DNA of 59,916 bases from a virus: the UHGV virus genome UHGV-0126570; one strand, given 5' to 3'. The notes under the pieces were generated by a model. The model was given only the letters and a program-made list of their open reading frames with translations. It searched no databases and was not told the DNA's origin. The translations under genes and the position numbers were made by a program. Of this stretch, positions 45,286 through 54,086 are shown piece after piece (the stretch's first letter is position 1; the number at the start of each line of letters is the position of its first letter).

Positions 45286-45592
45286 ACACTCTCCTTTCGA
45301 AATAAACGTACTGATTAATCATGCCCAGGGGCATTTCGAGTTTTTCCGCGATCTCACGGCGGGGAACACCACACTGATGAAGCTGCCGTGCCAGTTCTAT
45401 ATCGCTCTGCCGGTATTTGGCTGACGGATGAAAGTCTCCTTTCAGAATCATGCTGATCCCCAGCTCCCGCGCTTTGGTCCTGACGGCATCACCGGTACGA
45501 CCGATCAGCTTCCCAATACTCTCTACCGTCATAGTTCCGGCGCACTGGCGGAGTATCATGATTTCTGCCCTTCCCCATCCCCGCCAGCTCAC
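45275..45592 (-). CDS. HTH protein (105 aa)
   Basis: Two helix-turn-helix-like stretches ([22 protein letters not shown]; [18 protein letters not shown]). Confidence 0.35.
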   Translation of the reverse strand: MSWRGWGRAEIMILRQCAGTMTVESIGKLIGRTGDAVRTKARELGISMILKGDFHPSAKYRQSDIELARQLHQCGVPRREIAEKLEMPLGMINQYVYFERRVYEV

Positions 45593-46239
45593 GCCGACAT
45601 CCTCTGAGACATAAACTCCACAAAACGAACTGCATCTTCAGAAACAACGCCGCATGACTTCAGATAATTCATTGCGTCATTAGGTAGCGGATTAGTTGGT
45701 TCGGCATTTGCCAGGGATTGAGATAAACGCGTGATTAATTTGACCATTCTCCGCTGCCGGAGGTTGTATCCTTCAGCTAAAGACAGGTAACTGGAAAGGG
45801 TATTGCTTAAGCGGGCGCGAAGCTGATCCGTGCCGTGACATTCAATAGCAACATCACGTAACGCATCGACCAGTTCACGGTAAAGATGCGCTGCCATTCT
45901 GCAATCTGTGTCAGATGGTGCTTCATAAATTACCGTCAACCCCAGTTTTTCAGCCAGAGCGTGTTCTGCACGTGCTCCTGCGGACACATCCCATCCCTTA
46001 AGCAGATAGATCGCATCAGCAGAACGCACCATTGCCAGGCAAATATCCATGTATTCACTCTGACAAAGGCCACCAGGTAACACAGCTGGATTCAGAACGA
46101 TATGCCCTTCAGCCATCAGCTCGCTCGCTTTCGCATTAAACGCCGCACGGTTGTAATCTGGATAACCAGTCATCGGCCCCGCGATGTAAATTTTCAAAAC
46201 ACGTTTCACCATCAAAATTTCCCCAAAATCGTGACGCAA
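45589..46239 (-). CDS. DUF4406-like (nucleoside 2-deoxyribosyltransferase-like) protein with C-terminal extension
   Basis: N-terminal KIYIAGPMTGYPDYNRAAF...LNPA...IYLLKGWDVSAGARAEHALAEKLGL matches the DUF4406 pattern; ~100-aa C-terminal extension. Confidence 0.45.
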   Translation of the reverse strand: MRHDFGEILMVKRVLKIYIAGPMTGYPDYNRAAFNAKASELMAEGHIVLNPAVLPGGLCQSEYMDICLAMVRSADAIYLLKGWDVSAGARAEHALAEKLGLTVIYEAPSDTDCRMAAHLYRELVDALRDVAIECHGTDQLRARLSNTLSSYLSLAEGYNLRQRRMVKLITRLSQSLANAEPTNPLPNDAMNYLKSCGVVSEDAVRFVEFMSQRMSA

Positions 46240-46406
46240 AACATAAGCACTGCGAAAAGCTCAATACCAAGCTCAAGTAGCGCCAACGCCCCGAAAAACA
46301 ACACATAGAACAGGCCAATTTCATTCACAGATGGCTGGTGGATCGCACTTAAAGCTATAAGCATCATGTCCTCCAAACAGTTATCAGGAATGATATTAAT
46401 GTTTTG

Positions 46407-46436
46407 TGTTAGAAAATCAATTTTGAATATCTAACA
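46407..46436. promoter_or_regulatory. Palindromic operator-like element TGTTAGA-N16-TCTAACA in a divergent promoter region
   Basis: Between the minus-strand operon start (46239) and the plus-strand Ref-like gene (46485). Confidence 0.5.
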
Positions 46437-46484
46437 ATTTTGATCAATCATAGAAAAATCGTTGAAAAGTAAGAGACTGCCATC

Positions 46485-47063
46485 ATGCAGAAACAGAGTT
46501 ATTGGGAGAAACAGAGACAAAAAGCCATGCAAAAATTGGCTGACCCAGCCTGGCGAGAGGAACAAAGGGCAAAGCGCCTTCAACAAGCTCAACGCCAGCA
46601 GCAGCGAGCGAGAGAAAAAGCCGCATCGCCTGAATATCGGCAAAAGAAAATTGAAAAAGCAAAGCAATATGAACAGCGGAGAAAAGATAAAGCGGTATCC
46701 GCTCCGCCCAAAAAAACACGCACGTCACGCGGCCTGAAGGGCAGATCACTCACAGCCGATGAACGCCGGATACAGACCGCTATCGGTACTCTCCCCTGCA
46801 TTGCCTGCCATATTCACGGGCAACATAGCCCAGTGGTATCCCTGCACCATATCTTCGGGAGAACGGCAGAGAACGCGCATAAATATGTCCTCCCTTTGTG
46901 TAAATGGCACCACCAGTACGCAGCGCCAGCCGAGGTCCGAGAACAATATCCCTGGCTGGTCCCTGTTCATGCTGATGGAAAAATAGGCGGAAAAGCAGAT
47001 TTCATGCGGCACAATGCCGATGAAATGACGTTGTATCAGATGGCGATTGAATTGATAAATTAG
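46485..47063 (+). CDS. Ref-like HNH endonuclease (basic disordered N-terminus plus His-Me finger core)
   Basis: N-terminal ~90 aa highly basic (QKQRQKAMQK...RRKDK); C-terminal LPCIACH..HGQH..SLHHIFGR..H..LPLCKWHH. Architecture matches P1 Ref; the identity is an inference. Confidence 0.4.
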   Translation: MQKQSYWEKQRQKAMQKLADPAWREEQRAKRLQQAQRQQQRAREKAASPEYRQKKIEKAKQYEQRRKDKAVSAPPKKTRTSRGLKGRSLTADERRIQTAIGTLPCIACHIHGQHSPVVSLHHIFGRTAENAHKYVLPLCKWHHQYAAPAEVREQYPWLVPVHADGKIGGKADFMRHNADEMTLYQMAIELIN

Positions 47064-47394
47064 TTTTCTAACATTTTAAGTTGAATTGTAAATTTCTCCG
47101 ATGTACATTCACTACCGATTGGCACACCGGTCAACTTTTTGAGACAAACTGTTTAGTTTTTCGTATTATTGCCGCCGCTATACCTATGGCGGTGCAATAT
47201 AGGTGGCTGAAAAGCCCCCGTTGACTCACGGTGTTCCAGCCTTTATTGCGCCGCCACCAGACCGTGGAACAGTCGATGGCGGCTCCGAAAGCAAGGAGTC
47301 ACTACACTATGAACAGCTACTGTCTTTTCCCATCACTCGTTGTCCGCCACTCACGCGATAATCTGCATTCTTTACTCGCGCTGGGGGTGTCAAA

Positions 47395-47562
47395 ATGACC
47401 GTTCGCTACCTCAACTTTCAAATCCAGAACATCACTGGCGGTTGCTATGACTGGTTTGTCACTCTCGGAAAAGAAGTGATCACCGGGAAGCTGGATGAAG
47501 TGAAAGCTAAAGCAATGGCCTACGCCTGCAAGCAAGCCCGGAAGAAATCCGCCAAAGCATAA
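47395..47562 (+). CDS. Possible small ORF (55 aa)
   Basis: ATG preceded by GGGGG; competes with an antisense 72-codon ORF (47317-47535). Coding status uncertain. Confidence 0.2.
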   Translation: MTVRYLNFQIQNITGGCYDWFVTLGKEVITGKLDEVKAKAMAYACKQARKKSAKA

Positions 47563-47667
47563 AATACTGACTGTTGCGCCATGGCATTATCGTGGGGTAT
47601 ATTTCTACGGCACCTTAGAAAAACGGGTGCCGGGATTGGAACCCCGGATAATGTCAAAGGCGACACA

Positions 47668-47689
47668 GACGCCGAAAGCGTCTTTTTTT
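47668..47689 (+). terminator. Rho-independent terminator
   Basis: GACGC-cgaaa-GCGTC followed by TTTTTTT. Confidence 0.7.
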
Positions 47690-47874
47690 GTGTCATGCCA
47701 TCGCACAGCCATACGTAGCGTTTAGCTCAGAGATCAATGGTAGTGCTGGCTGGGCTGCCGAAAGGCAGGCCGGTTCCCTTTGACGCCGGTAGTTCCAACC
47801 CAGTCAGTGCTACCGCCATTGAGATTGGAACCTCACGCGGTAGCTCCTTAACTTAGTCAAAGGAGGCTGCCAAT

Positions 47875-48090
47875 ATGGCTACTATCCCTACCCCAACTCA
47901 TTCTGAATTTATCTGGCGTTTCTATTCCTGCCAAAAACACCTGTATATCTGCGTCATGGCTGCTACCGAAGCAGAAGCTCGTTCATACCTTCCTGAAGAA
48001 CCCTGCATTTTTGCCGCACGCTTCACTCTTGATGCGATGGAGATCCTAAATTACTGGAATCTGCCAATGAACTGCGTGGAGGTGCACTGA
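47875..48090 (+). CDS. Small protein, paralog of the 10727-10951 product
   Basis: 71 aa sharing the EFIWRFYSCQKH...AATEAEARS block. Confidence 0.5.
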   Translation: MATIPTPTHSEFIWRFYSCQKHLYICVMAATEAEARSYLPEEPCIFAARFTLDAMEILNYWNLPMNCVEVH

Positions 48091-49031
48091 TGAATCTGTC
48101 CATCTCTCAAAAAGCGACAATGACCAGTATTGAGATCGCGGAACTGGTAGGTAAGCGTCATGATAATGTGAAGCGTACCATTGAAGTATTAACTAAAGGT
48201 GGTGTCATTCAATTTCCTCAAATTGAGGAAATTGAAAATAAACAATCAGTTGGCCCTCGTCGATTTTCCAAGGCTTACATATTTGAAGGCGAACAAGGAA
48301 AACGAGACAGCATCATTGTCGTCGCGCAGCTCTCTCCGGAATTCACCGCCCGGCTGGTGGACCGCTGGCGCGAACTGGAGAATGCCCGGGTACAGTTAAA
48401 ATCAAAAGCCGAAATCCTGGCTGAAATGGCGCAAATGCATCTTGAGCATGAACGCCGGATCAACGCCGTAAATGCCCAGGTAGCCGAGGTATCAGCACAA
48501 GTATCGATGGTCGCTGAAACACTCGAGCAAATAAAGAAAGGCAATATTCCGGAAGGCTACATTGGCTACCGCCAGCTGGCGGCGAAATGTGGCCTGACTG
48601 AAGCCAAATGTCGCAACCTGGTTAACGCTTTCCGGATTCCCACCGATACGCATGAGTTTTTAACTCCAGATGGTTTGCTTGCGCGACGCTCCATTGTGGC
48701 CCTGGCCCCCTTCCGGAAAGCCTTTAAGCAGGTGATGTCGGAGGCAGAACCACGCAATAAACGCTGGTATCATCCAAAGATGGGGATGTTTCAGGCAATC
48801 CACCATCCTGTGCCTGAAAGCCCAAAGGATAATCTGTCACTACATACCGTCAGAGAGAAGATCAGGACTGGATACGCAACAGTGTGTCGTCGTTCTTCCT
48901 GGCCTGAAGGTATATGGGTGTGGCCCGAAGGTGGATCACGAAAGCACTGGCGCACCATCCGTGACGGGAAAATCCATGCTATTGATTTAGCTCCAGAGGA
49001 TGTTATTGCTATGGACTGGATTGTTAGTTAA
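48090..49031 (+). CDS. Rha-family phage regulatory protein (full-length copy)
   Basis: N-terminal MTSIEIAELVGKRHDNVKRTIE; 313 aa, including the C-terminal W-rich segment that is a separate ORF in copy 1. Confidence 0.55.
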   Translation: MNLSISQKATMTSIEIAELVGKRHDNVKRTIEVLTKGGVIQFPQIEEIENKQSVGPRRFSKAYIFEGEQGKRDSIIVVAQLSPEFTARLVDRWRELENARVQLKSKAEILAEMAQMHLEHERRINAVNAQVAEVSAQVSMVAETLEQIKKGNIPEGYIGYRQLAAKCGLTEAKCRNLVNAFRIPTDTHEFLTPDGLLARRSIVALAPFRKAFKQVMSEAEPRNKRWYHPKMGMFQAIHHPVPESPKDNLSLHTVREKIRTGYATVCRRSSWPEGIWVWPEGGSRKHWRTIRDGKIHAIDLAPEDVIAMDWIVS

Positions 49032-49090
49032 ATGCTGCATCCCCGGCGACGCCGGGGATTTAACTGCCAAATAATCGGATTATCCGCACG

Positions 49091-49402
49091 ATGAAAAAAA
49101 TAGATTTCACTTATTCTGCCGCCACACTTGAGCGGCGCTTCACCCTCATTAGAGAGTTGGAACTGTCAAAAGTCTGGTATCAAATCCTACTGGATGAAGA
49201 GTTTTCACTGATGGTTATAGCAGAAAAATTGGCTATGCCGAATGACCGGCACAAGGTCATAGCCAGCCTCGATCTGGTGACAAACAGATACTGGGAAACA
49301 GAGGAACTACATGAGGCGGGAGTAATTCGTGACCTGATGGAGAATTCCGTTCCCCGCCGCTATCGTGCAGGAAACGGCATCTCCGTGGTTAAAGGTGTTT
49401 AA
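49091..49402 (+). CDS. Hypothetical protein (103 aa)
   Basis: ORF only. Confidence 0.35.
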   Translation: MKKIDFTYSAATLERRFTLIRELELSKVWYQILLDEEFSLMVIAEKLAMPNDRHKVIASLDLVTNRYWETEELHEAGVIRDLMENSVPRRYRAGNGISVVKGV

Positions 49403-49791
49403 AGCTCACCTGCGCGCTGTTTTTCAAGCACAGATTTAACATTTGGCGCTTTCCCTTTAAAAGAATGGAAAGTGCCACATTTTTCTGTTTTAACCTCGCG
49501 CAGAGCTTCGCCATCGGCGTTCTGCCATTGATGGGATAATGTCATATCACCGCGAGAAGGAACATCCAGCGAGTACAGCGTGTAAGTTCCCCCCATCTCC
49601 GCATACTCCTGGAACACATAGCTCATTACGTCAGATTCAGTTTTTCGGTGTGCGTTATCAACCTTATTCCCATTCAGAAATATGGCATCTGGATAGATTT
49701 TTATATCAAACCGACCGCACTTAACTTGTAAATTTCCGGCGCTCGCGATCAAAGGGAAAGACGCCAGTAAAGCAATAGCCAATCTTTTCAA
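49399..49791 (-). CDS. Secreted protein (130 aa)
   Basis: Signal peptide MKRLAIALLASFPLIASA. Confidence 0.45.
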   Translation of the reverse strand: MKRLAIALLASFPLIASAGNLQVKCGRFDIKIYPDAIFLNGNKVDNAHRKTESDVMSYVFQEYAEMGGTYTLYSLDVPSRGDMTLSHQWQNADGEALREVKTEKCGTFHSFKGKAPNVKSVLEKQRAGEL

Positions 49792-49811
49792 TTCTGCCTC
49801 CGCTGCGTAAC

Positions 49812-50435
49812 TTATTGCCCGTATTTTTTACACCATTGCTCTGCCATTTGTTTGGCTAAAGGCCCGGCTACTGCACTGTATTCTGCTGTTTTACTTTGCA
49901 CACATGAAGCAGATGGTTTTTTATTTCGCTGCTCGGTTAGTTTGCGCTCATAAGCCATCATGCTATCGAACCCAGCAATATCACTTTGGCGAAGCATTCC
50001 CTTTTTAACCAAAAATTGCTGCCCCTCGGGCACCAACGCAAGCATAAAAAGTGGTTGTAATAACTCACCTAATCCTTGCTGGCGATACACTTCGAATTGC
50101 TGCCATCCCTGACTTAATCTGGAAAGAGTATCTTTGGTTGAATAACCTGTTTTTGTTATAGCTTTGTCCGTCAGATATGCTGTATATGCAAAAACGCAAA
50201 AGTCAGTTTTACCAATAAACTGAGTTCCAACAGGCCGTAATGGAATGCCCTCTCTCTTGCAAAAGTCCATAATTGCCGCTTGTGAATGATCCCCACCAGC
50301 GTTATTCATAACCTGCTGCCCTGCCCTGAATTGTGCAGGTAACGCAGTTGCATTGGCTGTATTAACAGATACGCATCCCAACATAGCCGCGAGCGCGGTC
50401 CCTAAAACCCTTAACTTCACTACACCGTCCTTCAT
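49812..50435 (-). CDS. Exported protein (207 aa), possible lipoprotein
   Basis: N-terminal signal sequence with LGC motif. Confidence 0.45.
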   Translation of the reverse strand: MKDGVVKLRVLGTALAAMLGCVSVNTANATALPAQFRAGQQVMNNAGGDHSQAAIMDFCKREGIPLRPVGTQFIGKTDFCVFAYTAYLTDKAITKTGYSTKDTLSRLSQGWQQFEVYRQQGLGELLQPLFMLALVPEGQQFLVKKGMLRQSDIAGFDSMMAYERKLTEQRNKKPSASCVQSKTAEYSAVAGPLAKQMAEQWCKKYGQ

Positions 50436-50651
50436 GTAAACAAAATGAAGTTTTATGTTACAAAAACAATCAACTACATCAACATGATTTAGGCCAAATT
50501 TCGGTCAAAAAATAAAATCCACAAAAAGTGGTTGACACTATTTTGGAAATCACAAACTGCACATAATCCATCGCGCTAACGGCTCCCGTTGAAGGTTCTT
50601 TTGACGATTAACTTTCAGCCGAAGCGCGGTAGGGAGTCATAACGCCAAAGC

Positions 50652-50677
50652 AGGCCGCCATGTGCGGCCTTTTTTTG
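50652..50677 (+). terminator. Intrinsic terminator-like hairpin immediately upstream of a gene (possible attenuator or sRNA end)
   Basis: AGGCCGC-catgt-GCGGCCT followed by TTTTTTT, 27 bp before the ATG at 50704. Confidence 0.5.
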
Positions 50678-50703
50678 TATCCGTCATCCGTGGAGGAAGG
50701 ACA

Positions 50704-51357
50704 ATGGAAAAGATCGCAATATTCAGCCTGACCACCAGCAAGCCTCAAATGCTCACTGCAATACTGAAAGACGGTGCTCTCATTATTAACGAAGTAAAAC
50801 CCCTTCCCGCGTCAGCATTGGAGCAAAAGCAAAAAATTCCTCCAGCTATAGCAGCCCTGCGGAAAAGCAAATTTAAGGTACTGGTAGACGAAATTACGCC
50901 AACGATCTCCGCTGGCACCGGAGCAAGCCAGGTGACTCTCAAGACCCGTCATGCCGATGGCAGAGCAGCAATCATCGTCGGGATGGAAAGATACAGAGAG
51001 TTAAAACTCCAGAAGCTATTATCCCTGCCGCAAAATAACAAAGGTGCTTTCGAAATCCCCGACTCTATCGTTGATACCGAATACAACGGTAACGGAGAAG
51101 AAGTCTACAGGGTGAACTGGCAGGATATCAGGCCGGAGCATATTCTGATGATCCTGTGTTGCTACGCGACCGTATACCACAACGTTGCCAGTGCAGATTA
51201 CGTAGAGCGGATGACCGGCACAGTCGAGAAAGAGCAAAAAACAGGCATACTCGCTTCGTTCCTGTCCATTATTGGGCATGAAAAAGTTGAAGCAGGCACC
51301 TCCCAGCCAAAGTCACTGGCTGGGAAAGAAGTTGATGAAGATACCGTGATACTTTGA
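50704..51357 (+). CDS. Hypothetical protein (218 aa)
   Basis: ORF track starts at 50662; the ATG at 50704 has GGAGG upstream and lies after the hairpin. Confidence 0.45.
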   Translation: MEKIAIFSLTTSKPQMLTAILKDGALIINEVKPLPASALEQKQKIPPAIAALRKSKFKVLVDEITPTISAGTGASQVTLKTRHADGRAAIIVGMERYRELKLQKLLSLPQNNKGAFEIPDSIVDTEYNGNGEEVYRVNWQDIRPEHILMILCCYATVYHNVASADYVERMTGTVEKEQKTGILASFLSIIGHEKVEAGTSQPKSLAGKEVDEDTVIL

Positions 51358-51685
51358 TCACATTAGTAGCTTTGTTAACTCCCTCAATACCAGGTAGAAG
51401 AGTAACAAAAATATTGACGCCAGTATTTGAGTGGACAATGAAGCGTTCATAAACAGATCAATTAGCATTAATAATTCGAAGATAACATCCATGTCATTCA
51501 CTCCGTTTAATTTTTAATCTAATGCCAGCAAATGAAGCTGGCCCCCGCATAAAGATTAATGAAAGTCACTTGTCACCAGTGAGGGGATTTATGAACCACA
51601 TCCCCCTGAACTGGTGGCCAGTCTGTTTCTCGCATTTCACACCCTGCATACAGTTTCCACCAGGTTATGACTGAGAGGCTTTGTT

Positions 51686-52015
51686 ATGGGCTATAGCAGA
51701 CTCGACGATAGGTACATTGAAGACGATATTTTTCGTGCGCTGTTTCACCAGGAAATGATTAAGCGGGTATCGGAGTATCACTCTGATAATTTCCAGTACA
51801 CGATAAAGATTGATGAAGTATATCGTTCAGACCTTGCAGCCTACAGGGCGTATGGCAATGCAGATTTGCGCTGGGTATTCCGGGTGCTGGTGGGCCATGA
51901 GTCAGAAATGGAAGAAATGCCCGCCGGGACCACGTTAACTCTTCCTGATGTCGCATGGCTGAGGAACAAGATCCGTGATTACGCGAGCGCGGAACCGGAG
52001 ATAGAAAATGCCTGA
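51686..52015 (+). CDS. Hypothetical protein (109 aa)
   Basis: ORF overlapping the start of the next gene. Confidence 0.4.
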   Translation: MGYSRLDDRYIEDDIFRALFHQEMIKRVSEYHSDNFQYTIKIDEVYRSDLAAYRAYGNADLRWVFRVLVGHESEMEEMPAGTTLTLPDVAWLRNKIRDYASAEPEIENA

Positions 52016-53204
52016 TTTCCTGAAAAACCAGGACGGGCGCTATATCACTGATGGCCTGTCCTCTAAGGACTTCACGCGTTTATTCGACCTTATCAGTAAA
52101 GAACAAACCCGTAAGCGCCGACAAGCTCACCGGACGCTGACGCCCGGCAGACTGAGGAACAAATCCGCCGAAGATATTCTCAAGTTGGGGAAGAAGAAAG
52201 GCGGCACGTTCTTTACGCGAGACGATCTGAAAGGCTTCGAAAAGCTACGGAGTAAAACGCGCGAAAAATATGACAGTAAGACGGCAGGCATCACATACGC
52301 CCAGCTGGTGGCATCCAGCCAGGCTATCGATATTAAGCGTGCAAATAACGCCGTGGATGACGGATCTGGTATCAAAAGAGCTACACCCGTATCTCTTCGC
52401 CACAATGTGATTAATATCCGCGTAGAAGCATCGGATATATCCGTCCACCAGCACCATATCGTCCGTATACGCTTTGAAGAATGGGATCAGATGGTCGATG
52501 ACATCGCAGAAGACGATAAATCAGCTCTGAAAATCACTAAATCACTGTGCGCCGGGCGGGTGTCTTTCGATTGTGACTGTGGTCGTCATCAATACTGGTA
52601 TCGTTACATCGCTACTGCGGGTAACTTTGCCTTGGCCCCGCCAAAAGAATACGCCTATCCAAAAGTTCGTAACCCTAAGCTACAAGGCGTCGCCTGTAAA
52701 CACGTGATCCACTCAATGACGCGGTTACAGTCCGCCAGTTGGCAAATGAGTATTGCTCGTGCGTTACAAAAGGCCGCAACGCAAATTGCATTTGGTGACG
52801 ATCGCCGCCGTACAACTAAACACTTCTCAAAAGAAGACGAGAAGGAGTTTAATCGCAATCGTAGCAGTAAAACGAACGTTGAAGCCGCCAAACGCGAATG
52901 GAGGCTCTATCAGAAACGCCAGGCCGCTTTAAGCACAAAACTGGCAAAGGACAACGGGAAGATTGACAAGCTACGTGACCAGCTGACCAGGGCCAGAAAG
53001 TTGTCCGATGCACAGAAAAAACGGGCAGCAGCAAAAGAAGCAGCCTTGCAACGTGAGAAACAGAAAAACAAGGAGCTTCAGCAACGCCTTGCCGATCAAT
53101 TCGCACTGAAGAAGCAAGCGTTCATTGATGCACTGGTCATGGCAGGAACGTCACCTGAGCAAGCTGAAAAAATGTTTATGGAGTACGTGAAGAAAGGTTC
53201 TTGA
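52008..53204 (+). CDS. SWIM-type zinc-finger protein with basic coiled-coil C-terminus
   Basis: FDCDCGRHQYWYRY...GVACKHVIH fits the CxCxnCxH SWIM pattern; C-terminal third is Lys/Arg-rich coiled coil. Confidence 0.45.
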   Translation: MPDFLKNQDGRYITDGLSSKDFTRLFDLISKEQTRKRRQAHRTLTPGRLRNKSAEDILKLGKKKGGTFFTRDDLKGFEKLRSKTREKYDSKTAGITYAQLVASSQAIDIKRANNAVDDGSGIKRATPVSLRHNVINIRVEASDISVHQHHIVRIRFEEWDQMVDDIAEDDKSALKITKSLCAGRVSFDCDCGRHQYWYRYIATAGNFALAPPKEYAYPKVRNPKLQGVACKHVIHSMTRLQSASWQMSIARALQKAATQIAFGDDRRRTTKHFSKEDEKEFNRNRSSKTNVEAAKREWRLYQKRQAALSTKLAKDNGKIDKLRDQLTRARKLSDAQKKRAAAKEAALQREKQKNKELQQRLADQFALKKQAFIDALVMAGTSPEQAEKMFMEYVKKGS

Positions 53205-53275
53205 TTGACAACAAAGGCGGTCATACAGACCGCCAAACTCATACACCAACCAGGCTTTCAAGAGGAATGCCAAAC

Positions 53276-53635
53276 TCATACACCAACCAGGCTTTCAAGA
53301 GGAATGCCAAACTGGGAATGTAAACGACGAATCATAGGTAACGTTAAATTTCGTGTCCCATTTAGCACTTCGTAAACACGATTTGACTTACCAATCGCCG
53401 GTTCCAGATCCTTCACGGTCAGCCCTTGCTGTTCCATACGGAATTTAATGGCTTCAATAGGTGATGGTGGCTCAATTGGGTAATGCTTTTTCTCGTACTC
53501 TTCAATGAGCAGGCACATTACTTCAAAGAAATCGCCTTCCGGTGTGTTCATTTCCGGTTCGTTATCGAACATCGGTTCGACCGCACGCAGTGCGGCCTCA
53601 TAATCTTGTTCTGTACGGATAGGTTTAATGTTCAT
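53276..53635 (-). CDS. higA: HigA-family antitoxin (HTH)
   Basis: C-terminal HTH ...LTVKDLEPAIGKSNRVYEVLNGTRNLTLPMIRRLHSQFGIPLESL typical of HigA; downstream of the toxin gene. Confidence 0.75.
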   Translation of the reverse strand: MNIKPIRTEQDYEAALRAVEPMFDNEPEMNTPEGDFFEVMCLLIEEYEKKHYPIEPPSPIEAIKFRMEQQGLTVKDLEPAIGKSNRVYEVLNGTRNLTLPMIRRLHSQFGIPLESLVGV

Positions 53636-53638
53636 GAT

Positions 53639-53941
53639 TTACTCCAGTTCTATTGTATCAGCTTCAATGGCATCGTATTCCTTATGTGTTCCAATAAACT
53701 TAACGAACATCCATCCTCGCTGATAAGCAATTGCGACAATTAACCTGTAATCATTTCCCTTAATATTGAACACCACGCGCCTGTTTTTAAGGATGCTGGC
53801 TGTCCGGTACTGTTCTTTGATCTCAGCCGGATTTTTCCAGTCAGCCTTTGTTGCTTCATCAACCCATGCCTTTAATGGCTGTTCTGCATCGGGATTCTTC
53901 GCCCAGAAATCCCTTAGTGTTTTTACCGAAATTATTTTCAT
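53639..53941 (-). CDS. higB: HigB-family toxin (RelE/ParE superfamily)
   Basis: MKIISVKTLRDFWAKNPDAEQ...VVFNIKGNDYRLIVAIAY...IGTHKEYD; ORF track start 53998 trimmed to the ATG for MKIIS. Confidence 0.75.
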   Translation of the reverse strand: MKIISVKTLRDFWAKNPDAEQPLKAWVDEATKADWKNPAEIKEQYRTASILKNRRVVFNIKGNDYRLIVAIAYQRGWMFVKFIGTHKEYDAIEADTIELE

Positions 53942-53971
53942 CACAGATTCCTTCTCGCTGAAAGTATAGTA

Positions 53972-54017
53972 GTCCCAATATGGGACAATGTAAAGCACTT
54001 TAGTCCCATGTTGGGAT
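53972..54017. promoter_or_regulatory. Tandem palindromes upstream of higBA (putative HigA operators)
   Basis: GTCCCAATATGGGAC (53972-53986) and GTCCCATGTTGGGAT (54003-54017) immediately upstream of higB. Confidence 0.5.
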
Positions 54018-54086
54018 ATGAATTGAAATCACAATCTCCAGACAATGCACCCTCGATACCTGATAAATCGACCTTTGAGGATGCTT

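Noticed and set aside
47317-47535. 72-codon minus-strand ORF opposite the small plus-strand ORF 47395-47562
   Set aside because: No RBS, TTG start, low-complexity sequence; the region is more likely a structured leader. The plus-strand ORF is kept only at low confidence.
50532-50537. TTGACA hexamer upstream of the 50652 hairpin as a sigma-70 promoter
   Set aside because: No acceptable -10 element at 16-18 bp spacing (the CATAAT is 24 bp away); promoter call not supported.
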